Source: Bacteroidales bacterium (lineage in GTDB: Bacteria; Bacteroidota; Bacteroidia; Bacteroidales; JAADJA01). From it: a stretch of 64,000 nt of DNA. Where the stretch lies: positions 3,628-67,627 of the forward strand of contig JADHVR010000002.1 of the NCBI GenBank assembly GCA_016783885.1, read 5' to 3'. Positions within the stretch are counted from its first letter, which is position 1; each line of letters opens with the position of its first letter. The position numbers and the translations under genes are program-made. Under the pieces are notes generated by a model that saw only the letters and a list, made by a program, of their open reading frames with translations, had not been told where the DNA came from and did not search any database. Positions 1-8,926 of this stretch are shown in pieces.

Positions 1-434
1 CACGGCAGGCAGCATTGATTTTGAATAACGGCGATATTGTCGGAACGGATGGAATTAGTAATCTGGTTTTCGGAGTAGCGGTTTTTGATAATTTGTACGC
101 TATTGTCTGGCACCGTAATCATTTGGGGATAATGTCTTCTGTACCACTTGTAATTGGTGGTGGTATTTACAGTTATGATTTCACAACCTCAGCAAGCCAG
201 GCATATTTAAGCGGACAAAAAAACCTCGGCGGAGGTGAATATGGAATGTTTGCAGGCGATGCAGATGGAAACGGAGATGTGCATCAGGATGACATTAACA
301 ATGTTTGGACATCTGATGCAGGCAAAAACGGTTATTATCCGGGAGATATGGATATGAACAGCAATGTTAATAACCAGGATAAAAATGATGTTTGGCTGCC
401 GAATAATGGCACCGGCGGGTTTGTACCGGAGTAG
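1..434 (+). CDS. 3' end of a secreted protein (5' end outside the window) carrying the shared ~230-aa C-terminal module
   Basis: Frame 3 is open from the window edge. RQAALILNNGDIVGTDG aligns with QAAFILDNGSVVGL / RQAAFLLNDGSVVGL in the modules at 18970-19641, 29449-30117 and 33158-33827. The TTG at 15 in the ORF track is therefore not the true start. Motifs seen: [27 protein letters not shown], ends FVPE-TAG. Confidence 0.75.
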   Translation, partial: RQAALILNNGDIVGTDGISNLVFGVAVFDNLYAIVWHRNHLGIMSSVPLVIGGGIYSYDFTTSASQAYLSGQKNLGGGEYGMFAGDADGNGDVHQDDINNVWTSDAGKNGYYPGDMDMNSNVNNQDKNDVWLPNNGTGGFVPE

Positions 435-439
435 GAATT

Positions 440-515
440 ACGATTTGGCAAAGACCTTCCAGAGTTTAAAGCAAGGGAATTTTCAGGACGGAAAACCTGG
501 AAGAGTCTGAGGGAC
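440..515 (+). repeat. Intergenic repeat module Y, copy A (ACGATTTGGCAAAGACCTTCCAGAGTTTAAAGCAAGGGAATTT..CCTGGAAGAGTCTGAGGGA)
   Basis: Near-identical copies at 19838-19919 (+) and 33044-33118 (-). Contains the inverted pair CTTCCAG...CTGGAAG. Lies 5 nt after the stop of a C-terminal-module gene and 78 nt before the TPR kinase start at 593. Confidence 0.8.
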
Positions 516-592
516 TGTCGAACAAATAAGGATTAAAAATTAGGTTTGCAAAATATTCACTAATTTAGCAAAACCAATTATTTTTAACTTTT

Positions 593-3544
593 ATGTTACG
601 TCCGGGTTGTTTATATAAATGTATATTATTGCTTTTTCTGGCGCTTATTATTTCTTTTCATGTTATAAGTCAGCAGCAGGAAAAAATTGACAGCCTGAAC
701 CGGGAACTTAATAATGCCATTGAAGACACCACAAAAGTCAATATTTTACTTGGTCTGTTCTGGGAATATAGAAGGATTGATCCGGATACCGCACTTAATT
801 ATGCTTTACAGAGTCTTGAATTGTCAAAAAAAATAAATTATTCCTTTGGCATTGCAAATTCTCTTTTCAGCATTAGCATTATTTACAAAAGCCGTAGTGA
901 TTTTAAAAAGGCGCAAGAGGTATTATCAGAATCTATTTATTATTACGAAAAAACTGGTAATTCTCTTGGTATTGCTTCTTGTCAAACAGAGATAGGTGTT
1001 ATTTATAATAAACAAAATAACTATCAAAAAGCACTTGAGTATTTACAGAAAGCACAAAATATTTTTATAGAATCAGGTAATAAAATAAAATTATCAAGAA
1101 TTTATAACATTTTGGGAGGTATTTATTCATCGCAAAAGCAATTCGATAAAGCATTGGAATATCACCAAAGATCATTAAATATCAATAAAGAAACAGGATT
1201 TGAATTGGGCATGTCGGTTAATTATAATAACATTGGAAATGTCTATCGCGAAATAAAACTCTATCAGAAAGCTATTGACAGCTTTTTACAATCACTGGAA
1301 ATCAAGAAAAGAATTAATGATAAAGTTGGAATAGCCTCCATTTATAACAATTTGGGATTGTCCTATTTTGAACAGGAAAATATAGAGAAAGCTATAGAAT
1401 ATCATTTCCGTGCTTTGGAAACATTTGAACAATTGGGGGATAAACGTGGGATATCAATGTGTTTTATAAATCTTGCGAGTGATTATTTACAATTTGCTCA
1501 ACCTGAAAAAGCCATAAATTATGCAAAAAAAGGATTAGAGTTTGCAAAAAAAACAAATTATAAAGAAGCTTTTAAAGAAGCTTATTATGTTTTGGGAGAA
1601 GCTAATGCTAAAATGAAACAATTTAAAAAAGCATACAAATATTATCAGCTTTACACAGCTTATAAAGATAGTTTGTTTGATGATAAAGTTATCAGGCTTA
1701 TTACAGAAATGGAATCCGGGTTTGAAATGGAAAAGAAGGAAAAGGAAATTGCCATTTTAAATGCCGAAAAGCAAAATCAGGAATTAAAGATACAGAAACA
1801 AGAAGCACAGCGAAACCTGATAGCAGGCTTGGCAGTACTTATTCTTGTTGTTGTATTGTTTTTGTATGCAGGATACCGGAGCAAACAAAAGATCAATAAA
1901 CAATTACGACAGATAAATGAAACTAAGTCGAGATTTTTTGCCAATATTTCACACGAATTTCGCACACCTCTGACTTTACTGCTTGGCCCTCTGGAAAAAT
2001 TAATGGATCATCTTAAGAAAGAAGATAAAAATCTTGTCAGAATGATGTACCGCAATGCTACCCGTTTGTTGTTTCTGAATAATCAGTTACTGGATCTATC
2101 CAAGCTGGAATCGGGAAATCTGAAATTGGAAGTAGTTTATGCAAGCATTACAGAGGCGCTGAAAGGCATGGTTATGTCATTTCAATCTTATGCCGAACAT
2201 CGCAAGATAGATTTTCAATACCATTTTCCGAGAGAAGCCCTCTATACTTATTTTGACCGGGATAAAATTGAAAAAATCGTTTATAACCTTCTTTCAAATG
2301 CATTTAAATTCACTCCCGAAACAGGTAAAGTAACATTTAGCGCTACTGTTTTTACACATCAAAACAAGATTCAATTACCTGTGAAATTAAAAAAATTATC
2401 AGGAACCTTTTTAGATATTACAATAAAAGATACAGGTAAGGGTATTTCAAAAGAACATTTATTACGCATATTCGACCGATTCTACCAGGTTGACAATGCT
2501 TTAAGTCGTCAGCATGAAGGAACGGGTCTGGGACTGACATTAACAAAAGAGTTAGTTGAAATGCATCACGGAGTTATCAGCGTCGATAGTGAAGTTGATG
2601 AAGGTAGCACCTTTACAGTAATTCTGCCTTTAGATAAAAAAGCCTATTCTGATGACAAAATAATACCAACGGAAGAAAAAACAAGCGAATCATTCACAAA
2701 GGAAATCAGTGAATTGAGTTCATACGAAAAGGATAGCAGTTATTCTGATGCTGCTAAACCTTTATCTGATAAAGCAGAAGAAATAATACAGGTTTTAATT
2801 GTGGAAGATAATGAAGATATGCGAAATTACATCAGCGAGTGTATGAGCGATTCATCCAATATCATTAAAGCCTCCGACGGAGCAGAAGGTTTTGAAACAG
2901 CGATTGAAAAGCTACCCGACCTGATAATTACCGATCTTATGATGCCCGGAATGGATGGTATGGAACTATGCCAAAAACTTAAAACTGACGAAAGAACCAG
3001 TCATATCCCTGTAATAATGCTTACTGCGCTTGCAGAAATTGAAGATAAAATAAAAGGACTTGAAACAGGCGCAGATGATTATATTGCCAAACCTTTCAAC
3101 AGACAAGAACTAATAACAAGGGCGCAAAACCTTATCGGGCAGAGAAAAAAATTGAGAGAACGTTTTAGCAGGGAAGTAAAAATTCAGCCTAAAGATATTA
3201 CCGTTACTTCTGCAGACGAAAAATTTCTGTTAAAGATCATATCAGTAGTTGAAGATAATCTTTCCGACCCTGACCTGAATGTTGAGCATCTTGTTACGAA
3301 GGCGAATATGAGCCGTTCGCAACTCCACCGTAAAATTAAAGCCCTGACTGACCAAACCACAACAGAATTTATCAGGACAATCCGGTTAAAAAGAGCAGCA
3401 AAATTACTTGAACAACATTATGGTACAATAGCTGAAACAATATATGCAGTTGGTTTTAACAGTCTTTCCTATTTTACAAAATGTTTCCACAAACAATTCA
3501 ACATGACCCCGAAAGAATACATTGAGAAAAAAGAAAATGAATAG
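593..3544 (+). CDS. Hybrid two-component sensor kinase/response regulator with TPR-array sensor and AraC-type DNA-binding output
   Basis: 983-aa ORF. N-terminal hydrophobic segment, then about 8 TPR-like repeats (YNNIGNVY, YNNLGLSY), a coiled coil and a TM segment (LIAGLAVLILVVVLFLYAGY). HisKA H-box FFANISHEFRTPLT. HATPase G-boxes DTGKGI and GTGLGLTLTKELVEMHHG. REC domain (VLIVEDNEDM, DLMMPGMDG, AKPF). AraC HTH (GFNSLSYFTKCFHKQFNMTPKEY). Confidence 0.9.
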   Translation: MLRPGCLYKCILLLFLALIISFHVISQQQEKIDSLNRELNNAIEDTTKVNILLGLFWEYRRIDPDTALNYALQSLELSKKINYSFGIANSLFSISIIYKSRSDFKKAQEVLSESIYYYEKTGNSLGIASCQTEIGVIYNKQNNYQKALEYLQKAQNIFIESGNKIKLSRIYNILGGIYSSQKQFDKALEYHQRSLNINKETGFELGMSVNYNNIGNVYREIKLYQKAIDSFLQSLEIKKRINDKVGIASIYNNLGLSYFEQENIEKAIEYHFRALETFEQLGDKRGISMCFINLASDYLQFAQPEKAINYAKKGLEFAKKTNYKEAFKEAYYVLGEANAKMKQFKKAYKYYQLYTAYKDSLFDDKVIRLITEMESGFEMEKKEKEIAILNAEKQNQELKIQKQEAQRNLIAGLAVLILVVVLFLYAGYRSKQKINKQLRQINETKSRFFANISHEFRTPLTLLLGPLEKLMDHLKKEDKNLVRMMYRNATRLLFLNNQLLDLSKLESGNLKLEVVYASITEALKGMVMSFQSYAEHRKIDFQYHFPREALYTYFDRDKIEKIVYNLLSNAFKFTPETGKVTFSATVFTHQNKIQLPVKLKKLSGTFLDITIKDTGKGISKEHLLRIFDRFYQVDNALSRQHEGTGLGLTLTKELVEMHHGVISVDSEVDEGSTFTVILPLDKKAYSDDKIIPTEEKTSESFTKEISELSSYEKDSSYSDAAKPLSDKAEEIIQVLIVEDNEDMRNYISECMSDSSNIIKASDGAEGFETAIEKLPDLIITDLMMPGMDGMELCQKLKTDERTSHIPVIMLTALAEIEDKIKGLETGADDYIAKPFNRQELITRAQNLIGQRKKLRERFSREVKIQPKDITVTSADEKFLLKIISVVEDNLSDPDLNVEHLVTKANMSRSQLHRKIKALTDQTTTEFIRTIRLKRAAKLLEQHYGTIAETIYAVGFNSLSYFTKCFHKQFNMTPKEYIEKKENE

Positions 3545-3604
3545 ACTATGCTTTCAATAATACAGACCCTTATACATCTAACGAGGTAAATTTGTACATT
3601 TTTC

Positions 3605-3716
3605 TCCAGTCTTCGGTCTCCAGTCTCCAGTTTTTAGTCCTTAGTCAACAAACTACCGGCTGCCGATTGCCGATTGTTGACTGCCGACTGTTGACTGCTG
3701 ATTGCCGACTGTCAAC
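3605..3716. repeat. Low-complexity heptamer-like repeat block (CAGTCTN / GACTGCC / GATTGCC units) with internal inverted repeats
   Basis: ccagtcttcggtctccagtctccag ... ccggctgccgattgccgattgttgactgccgactgttgactgctgattgccgactgtcaac. GTCAACAA / TTGTTGAC arms are present. Related blocks occur at 22173-22244 and 35805-35848. Its translation produces the spurious ORF 3592-3807. Confidence 0.75.
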
Positions 3717-3725
3717 TAAATGTTT

Positions 3726-3766
3726 TTCAACATGCAACATACGTGTTAAAGATTGCAACATTTGTG
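3726..3766 (+). promoter_or_regulatory. Candidate operator: direct repeats TGCAACAT-n2-GTG phased 21 bp apart, plus an abutting TTCAACAT
   Basis: TGCAACATACGTG at 3733-3745 and TGCAACATTTGTG at 3754-3766, start-to-start 21 bp. TTCAACAT at 3726-3733. Sits about 100 bp upstream of the first fibre gene and directly downstream of the AraC-output hybrid kinase. The function is inferred, not demonstrated. Confidence 0.3.
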
Positions 3767-3861
3767 CTTTACTTTCCGCCATTGCAAGCAGTATCTTTAT
3801 TTACTGAAAAATAATCAGCAATTCTCAAATCAAATTTAATAATAATTTAAAATTTACAGTT

Positions 3862-5511
3862 ATGAAAAAGTCAGTTATTTTACTCGTTCTGGCAATTATA
3901 TCGGTAATTGCCGTTAATGCCCAACCACCACAAGCCTTCAAATACCAGGCTGTGGTGAGAGACAATTCAGGCGAAATCTTACAAAACCAGTCAGTAGGAA
4001 TCCGGATTAGCATCCATGATTCTACATCAGTTGGAACCATTATTTACCAGGAAACTTTCTCTGAAACTACAAACCAGTTCGGATTGGTAAATCTTGAAAT
4101 CGGAACCGGTACACCAACAATCGGAACTTTTACCGGTATCGACTGGAGCAGTAATTCTAAATTCATCGAAACAGAAATAGATCCGTTAGGTGGAATAGCT
4201 TATGTTTCACTGGGGACTTCTGAATTACAATCGGTTCCTTATGCCCTGTATTCAGACCGTTCAAAACATGCTGCATGGGAAAAAGCCGGTAATGAAATCT
4301 TTTATAACGATGGCTATGTTGGAATAGGAACCTCATTGCCCGGAACTAATCTTCATATTCAGAAAAGTAATAATGAAATTGTTCGTTTGCAATCAGAATC
4401 TTTGAATGGATGGATGTCATTTTATAATTCAAATGGATACATAGGATATTGGGGACCATATAATGGAGAAAATGATATTGATATTGGTACCGGCGCTTCC
4501 AATAACATCGGGAAATTACATCTGGTAACAAAAGCCACTCCACGAATGACGATTGATGAAACCGGCAATGTCGGTATTGGCACTACTACACCTAATGCAT
4601 ATCTACATGTGAATGACCGTATTCGTGTAGGTGAAGATCCAACTTATGGAAATGTGTTTGGCGAACTCATCCATGAGGGAGGCGGAAATGGATTTAAAAT
4701 TAATGCCAATGCAGGTGGCGGTTGGGCTGACATGCATTTTCAAACTGACGGAAATACCAGAATGTTTATAGAAAGCGGTGGTAGTGTGGGTATTGGAACT
4801 ACGAGTCCAGGACCAAGACTCACAGTAAAATCATCCGGTTATACCGGCGGCATGAATGTCCTTGCCGATGATGACGACCGTATTTTCAGGGTAAGACAAT
4901 CATCAAGTGGAGCCGGAGGGGTTTATGTATATGATAATGCCGACAATGCAACGATAGCTATTGCCGGAGATGGTAACAGCTATTTTAATTCAGGTAATGT
5001 TGGCATCGGTACATCTTCACCTTCCAGTAAGCTTGATGTACGCGGAAATATTACAATCCGAAGCGCAACTACCGGAAGTATAGTAATGGAATTAGGTACC
5101 GGCCTCGACTATGCAGAAGGATTTAATGTTTCAAATAGTAATACCATAGAACCAGGTACTATTCTTTGTATTGATCCTGAAAACCCCGGCAAATTAAAGA
5201 TCAGTGAGAACCCTTACGACAAAACTGTAGCAGGAATTGTTGCCGGTGCAAACGGACTGGGATCAGGAGTACGACTGGGTACACAGGAGTTTGATTGTGA
5301 TGTTGCCCTCGCCGGCAGGGTTTATTGCAACACCATTGCAACAAACGAAAATATTGAACCCGGTGACCTGTTAACTACTTCATCGGTTCCCGGCTATGCA
5401 ATGAAAGTTACTGATTTTGAAAATGCACACGGGGCTATTCTCGGCAAAGCAATGGAAAGCCTCGAAAAAGGTAAAAAAGGACAAATATTAGTTCTGGTAA
5501 CTTTACATTAA
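3862..5511 (+). CDS. Fibre-like secreted protein, paralog P1 (conserved N-module; tip class I, beta-barrel-like GDLL..S..PGYAMK C-terminus)
   Basis: 549 aa. Signal peptide ending VNA|QPPQ. N-module QPPQAFKYQAVVRDNSGEILQNQ...SVPYALYSDRSK (nt 3862-4266) is shared with 5 paralogs. Repeated (G)NVGIGT-x-x-P-x-x-x-L-H/D-V motifs. C-terminus EPGTILCIDPENPGKL...EPGDLLTTSSVPGYAMKV...GAILGKAMESLEKGKKGQILVLVTLH. Confidence 0.85.
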   Translation: MKKSVILLVLAIISVIAVNAQPPQAFKYQAVVRDNSGEILQNQSVGIRISIHDSTSVGTIIYQETFSETTNQFGLVNLEIGTGTPTIGTFTGIDWSSNSKFIETEIDPLGGIAYVSLGTSELQSVPYALYSDRSKHAAWEKAGNEIFYNDGYVGIGTSLPGTNLHIQKSNNEIVRLQSESLNGWMSFYNSNGYIGYWGPYNGENDIDIGTGASNNIGKLHLVTKATPRMTIDETGNVGIGTTTPNAYLHVNDRIRVGEDPTYGNVFGELIHEGGGNGFKINANAGGGWADMHFQTDGNTRMFIESGGSVGIGTTSPGPRLTVKSSGYTGGMNVLADDDDRIFRVRQSSSGAGGVYVYDNADNATIAIAGDGNSYFNSGNVGIGTSSPSSKLDVRGNITIRSATTGSIVMELGTGLDYAEGFNVSNSNTIEPGTILCIDPENPGKLKISENPYDKTVAGIVAGANGLGSGVRLGTQEFDCDVALAGRVYCNTIATNENIEPGDLLTTSSVPGYAMKVTDFENAHGAILGKAMESLEKGKKGQILVLVTLH

Positions 5512-5527
5512 TTTGGAGGGATTTGTT

Positions 5528-6985
5528 ATGAAAAAAGTACTTATATTAATATTCGGAGTTGCCATCCTTTTTGGGATTAGGAGTCCTGGCATTGCCCAGA
5601 TGGCAGATATCAATGAAACCTCAACTGTGGCTGATAACTGGATAAAGTTGATCATTGCTGAAACAGGAAGCTGGGGTATCCATAATACTGCTACTCCTGA
5701 ACCTATGGTTGAATTCAAACGGAATGAAAGGCTCCTCGGATACCTTTATCCGGTAAATCCTTCAGGTTATATTTTAATTTCCTTAAGAAAGGAACTGGCC
5801 CCGGTAAAGGCTTATTCTGCAACCGGCAGCCTCAATCCCCTTTCGGATGAAGGTATGGCCGACCTACTTAAAGTTTGTTTGGAACGGATTTTAGATACGA
5901 TAGAACAAAAGCTTGGGACAATAGAAATGGTAAATACTACTGATTTGGAAAAAATGGTGGAAATTAATTATAAACCGGCATGGAGTAATTTACTTAAAAG
6001 TAATCCTGTAATCAAAACTAAAAATAAAGAAAAAAGCAAGGATAACTACGAGGAAGGAGATATATTGCTTTCCTCTGACTGGCATCAAAGTCCGCCATAC
6101 AATGATGATTGCCCCTGGATGGATTGTCCAAATTCTAATGGACGGGCAATTGTAGGATGTGTGGCAACTGCCGGGGCCCAGATCATGCATTACTGGAACT
6201 GGCCGCCTTATGGTTCCGGTGCAGGTTATAGCGATACTTATGACTGGCCAAATATGCCTGATGCAGCTACAACATCCTCGCCGCAGGCTGAGATTGATGC
6301 ACTGGCAGAACTCAACCACGAAGTTGGAGTTGCTGTAGGCATGAGTTATGGCTGTAGTTCATCCGGGGCATATACTTACAACATGGTTGGAGTGTTTGAA
6401 AATAATTATCGCTACAGTACCAGTTGTGTTGTCAGGAACAGGCCAAGTTATTCGGCTGCAACCTGGTTTGCTATGATGCAAACCCAGTTCAACCAAAATC
6501 GTCCGGTTCAATACCGAATTCCCGGACATTCAATTGTAGGCGACGGATGGCAGATAATCGGAAGTAGTCTGAAAATGTATCACATGAACTACGGTTGGAT
6601 GGGAACAGGTGATGATGTATGGTATATCCTGGATGCGCTTCAGGGAGGAAATCCGAGTGAGGAATATATGTTAGAAGATATTGTTCCGGTTCAGGCAATG
6701 GACAACTGGGTTACAGGCACCTATTATACACCATCATTTCCGTACAGATATTTTGATAAAGATGCACTGGGAAGCGATGCTAACTTTGGCAGCGGTCATT
6801 TCCTCCAGTTTTTACCCGAAATTATACTTTCCGGTATTAGCCCAACCCTACCTGTAAGGTTTAACGGATCACCAAGCTATAATACAAGGTTATTTACCGC
6901 AGGGGATGTCTCAACGGGTATTCGTATTTATAATGGTGCAATAGAGATGACAAACTTTGGAAGTATCAAATTGTATGAAGAATAA
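5528..6985 (+). CDS. Peptidase C10 (streptopain/SpeB-PrtT-like) family cysteine protease with N-terminal pro-region
   Basis: Cys motif IVGCVATAGAQIMHYWNWP and His motif RIPGHSIVGDGWQ, followed by YHMNYGWMGTGDDVWY, match the C10 layout. ATG at 5528 is preceded by GGAGGG; the TTG at 5513 in the track is less likely. Signal peptide MKKVLILIFGVAILFG. Confidence 0.75.
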   Translation: MKKVLILIFGVAILFGIRSPGIAQMADINETSTVADNWIKLIIAETGSWGIHNTATPEPMVEFKRNERLLGYLYPVNPSGYILISLRKELAPVKAYSATGSLNPLSDEGMADLLKVCLERILDTIEQKLGTIEMVNTTDLEKMVEINYKPAWSNLLKSNPVIKTKNKEKSKDNYEEGDILLSSDWHQSPPYNDDCPWMDCPNSNGRAIVGCVATAGAQIMHYWNWPPYGSGAGYSDTYDWPNMPDAATTSSPQAEIDALAELNHEVGVAVGMSYGCSSSGAYTYNMVGVFENNYRYSTSCVVRNRPSYSAATWFAMMQTQFNQNRPVQYRIPGHSIVGDGWQIIGSSLKMYHMNYGWMGTGDDVWYILDALQGGNPSEEYMLEDIVPVQAMDNWVTGTYYTPSFPYRYFDKDALGSDANFGSGHFLQFLPEIILSGISPTLPVRFNGSPSYNTRLFTAGDVSTGIRIYNGAIEMTNFGSIKLYEE

Positions 6986-7001
6986 TAAATAGTTAATTAT
7001 C

Positions 7002-8912
7002 ATGAAAAATCTATGTTTAATTTTATTCCTGTTTTTTACTATATCTACAATTGTAGCACAACCACCACAAGCCTTTAAATACCAGGCAGTAGTACGGGAT
7101 AACACAGGTGAAATCTTACAAAACCAGGCAGTATGTGTTCGAATTAGTATCCATGATGTTATAGCAGGCGGCACCATTGTGTACCAGGAAACCTTTACTG
7201 AAACAACAAACCAGTTTGGTTTGGTAAATCTGGAGATCGGAAATGGAATCCCAACCATCGGGATTTTTGACGGAATCGACTGGAGTACCAATTCTAAATT
7301 TATCGAAACGGAAATTGACCCTGCCGGAGGAACAACGTTTGTCTCAATTGGCACTACAGAATTATTGGCGGTTCCTTATGCTCTGTATTCAAATCGCTCA
7401 AAAGATGCAGTCTGGGGAAAATACCTTAATAGTATTTATTATAATGATGGTAACGTAGGAATAGGAACCTCAAACCCTGTAAGGAAACTTCATATCAAAG
7501 GAACCACCGGTGAAGTTGTACGGTTCGAATCAGAAGGCGCTGACAACTGGAATTCAATCTATAACTCCAATGGATATATAGGCTATTTCGGAGCATATAA
7601 TGGAGATCATGATATAGATGTTGGTACCGGTGGTGGAAATAGCCTTGGGAAATTACATCTTGTAACCAAAGCAAGTCCCAGGCTAACCATTGATGATATT
7701 GGTAATGTAGGTATCGGCACAACAAATCCGGGAGCAATGTTAGAAGTAGCCGGCCAGGTGAAAATTACCGGGGGTGATCCTGCTAACCGAAAAGCGCTCA
7801 TTACTGATGCAACAGGCTTTGCTTCATGGCAATATTCCGCAATCAACGACCTTTCAGATGGTAGAACTGATGCAATGAGTGTTTTCCTTGGTTCAGGGTC
7901 AGGTATATTAGACGATGGAAACAACGGCAATACAGCTATTGGACAAGAGTGTTTAACAAACAATACGGAGGGCTTTAATAATACCGCAAGCGGATATCAG
8001 GCCTTGTATTCCAACACGGGTGGCGATGATAATATTGCAATCGGCAGTGCGGCTTTGTATAATAATACGACGGGCAGTTATAATACCGCAAGTGGAAGGA
8101 CAACCTTGTATGACAATACAACGGGCCATGATAATAACGCTATTGGTTATAGTGCCCTGGCAAACAATACAACTGGCAATTATAATACAGCGAACGGCAG
8201 TAATGCTTTAAATAATAATTCAACAGGCAGTGGCAATATTGCGATTGGATTTCAAGCGTTGTTATTTAATACAACAGGCGAGGTAAATACGGCTTGTGGG
8301 ATGTCTGCCATGCAATCCAATACAACGGGTAGCTGGAATACCGCGTATGGACATTCAGCATTTACAAATGGTGAGAGCCATTCAAATTCCACCGCTCTTG
8401 GATTTGATGCCGAACCTGAGGCATCCAATAAAATAATTCTCGGAAACTCCAGCGTATCCTGGATAGGAGGACATTCTTACTGGTATAATACTTCTGATGC
8501 CAGGGTAAAGACTAATATTAAGGAAGATGTGAAGGGCCTGGATTTTATCATGGAATTGCGCCCGGTTACATACTATTTTGATAAAGATAAAATGGATGAA
8601 TTGACAGGAACGGTTGATTCTACCCATTACCCTGAGAAATATGATGTTGAAAAAATAAAACAAAGTGGTTTTATGGCTCAGGAAGTAGAACAAGCGGCAC
8701 AAAACTCAGGTTATGATTTTAGCGGGATCAGCAAACCAAAAGGTGATGTAAAATATTACAGTTTGGCTTATGCTCAGTTTGTCGTGCCTTTGGTGAAAGC
8801 AGTACAGGAGCAGCAGGGAACAATTGAAACACTCAAGGAAATGAATAAGGAGCAACAAACTATGATTATAGAACTAAAATCACGAATTGAAAAATTGGAA
8901 ATGAACAAATAA
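7002..8912 (+). CDS. Fibre-like secreted protein, paralog P2 (conserved N-module; 17-residue NTA-x-G/NTTG repeat shaft; tip class II, peptidase S74 intramolecular-chaperone-type C-terminus)
   Basis: 636 aa. N-module nt 7002-7403. About 8 repeats of NTAxGxxALxxNTTGxx (nt ~7929-8365). C-terminal domain from TSDARVKTNIKEDVKGLDFIMELRPVTYYFDKDK ... SGFMAQEVEQAAQNSGYDFSGI ... YYSLAYAQFVVPLVKAVQEQQ plus a coiled coil (nt 8493-8909), as in endosialidase/tail-spike chaperone domains. Confidence 0.85.
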   Translation: MKNLCLILFLFFTISTIVAQPPQAFKYQAVVRDNTGEILQNQAVCVRISIHDVIAGGTIVYQETFTETTNQFGLVNLEIGNGIPTIGIFDGIDWSTNSKFIETEIDPAGGTTFVSIGTTELLAVPYALYSNRSKDAVWGKYLNSIYYNDGNVGIGTSNPVRKLHIKGTTGEVVRFESEGADNWNSIYNSNGYIGYFGAYNGDHDIDVGTGGGNSLGKLHLVTKASPRLTIDDIGNVGIGTTNPGAMLEVAGQVKITGGDPANRKALITDATGFASWQYSAINDLSDGRTDAMSVFLGSGSGILDDGNNGNTAIGQECLTNNTEGFNNTASGYQALYSNTGGDDNIAIGSAALYNNTTGSYNTASGRTTLYDNTTGHDNNAIGYSALANNTTGNYNTANGSNALNNNSTGSGNIAIGFQALLFNTTGEVNTACGMSAMQSNTTGSWNTAYGHSAFTNGESHSNSTALGFDAEPEASNKIILGNSSVSWIGGHSYWYNTSDARVKTNIKEDVKGLDFIMELRPVTYYFDKDKMDELTGTVDSTHYPEKYDVEKIKQSGFMAQEVEQAAQNSGYDFSGISKPKGDVKYYSLAYAQFVVPLVKAVQEQQGTIETLKEMNKEQQTMIIELKSRIEKLEMNK

Positions 8913-8926
8913 CTAACGCTACTAAC

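Noticed and set aside
3605-3716. Possible CRISPR array because of short repeated units
   Set aside because: The units are 7-8 nt and contiguous, with no ~30-nt unique spacers, no regular 60-70-nt period and no cas genes in the window.
3592-3807. 71-aa ORF with a Cys/Arg-rich periodic sequence (CRLPIVDCRLLTADCRLS)
   Set aside because: It is a translation of the heptamer-like low-complexity DNA block. The periodicity comes from the DNA repeat, not from a protein motif.
3825-4040. Recurring minus-strand ORFs (3825-4040, 6911-7354, 16745-16939) that all contain TTAWYLKACGG and looked like a conserved antisense gene family
   Set aside because: They are the reverse-complement reading of the conserved QPPQAFKYQAVV segment of the fibre N-module. 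Their recurrence is a by-product of the sense-strand repeat, and they have no independent start or signal features.
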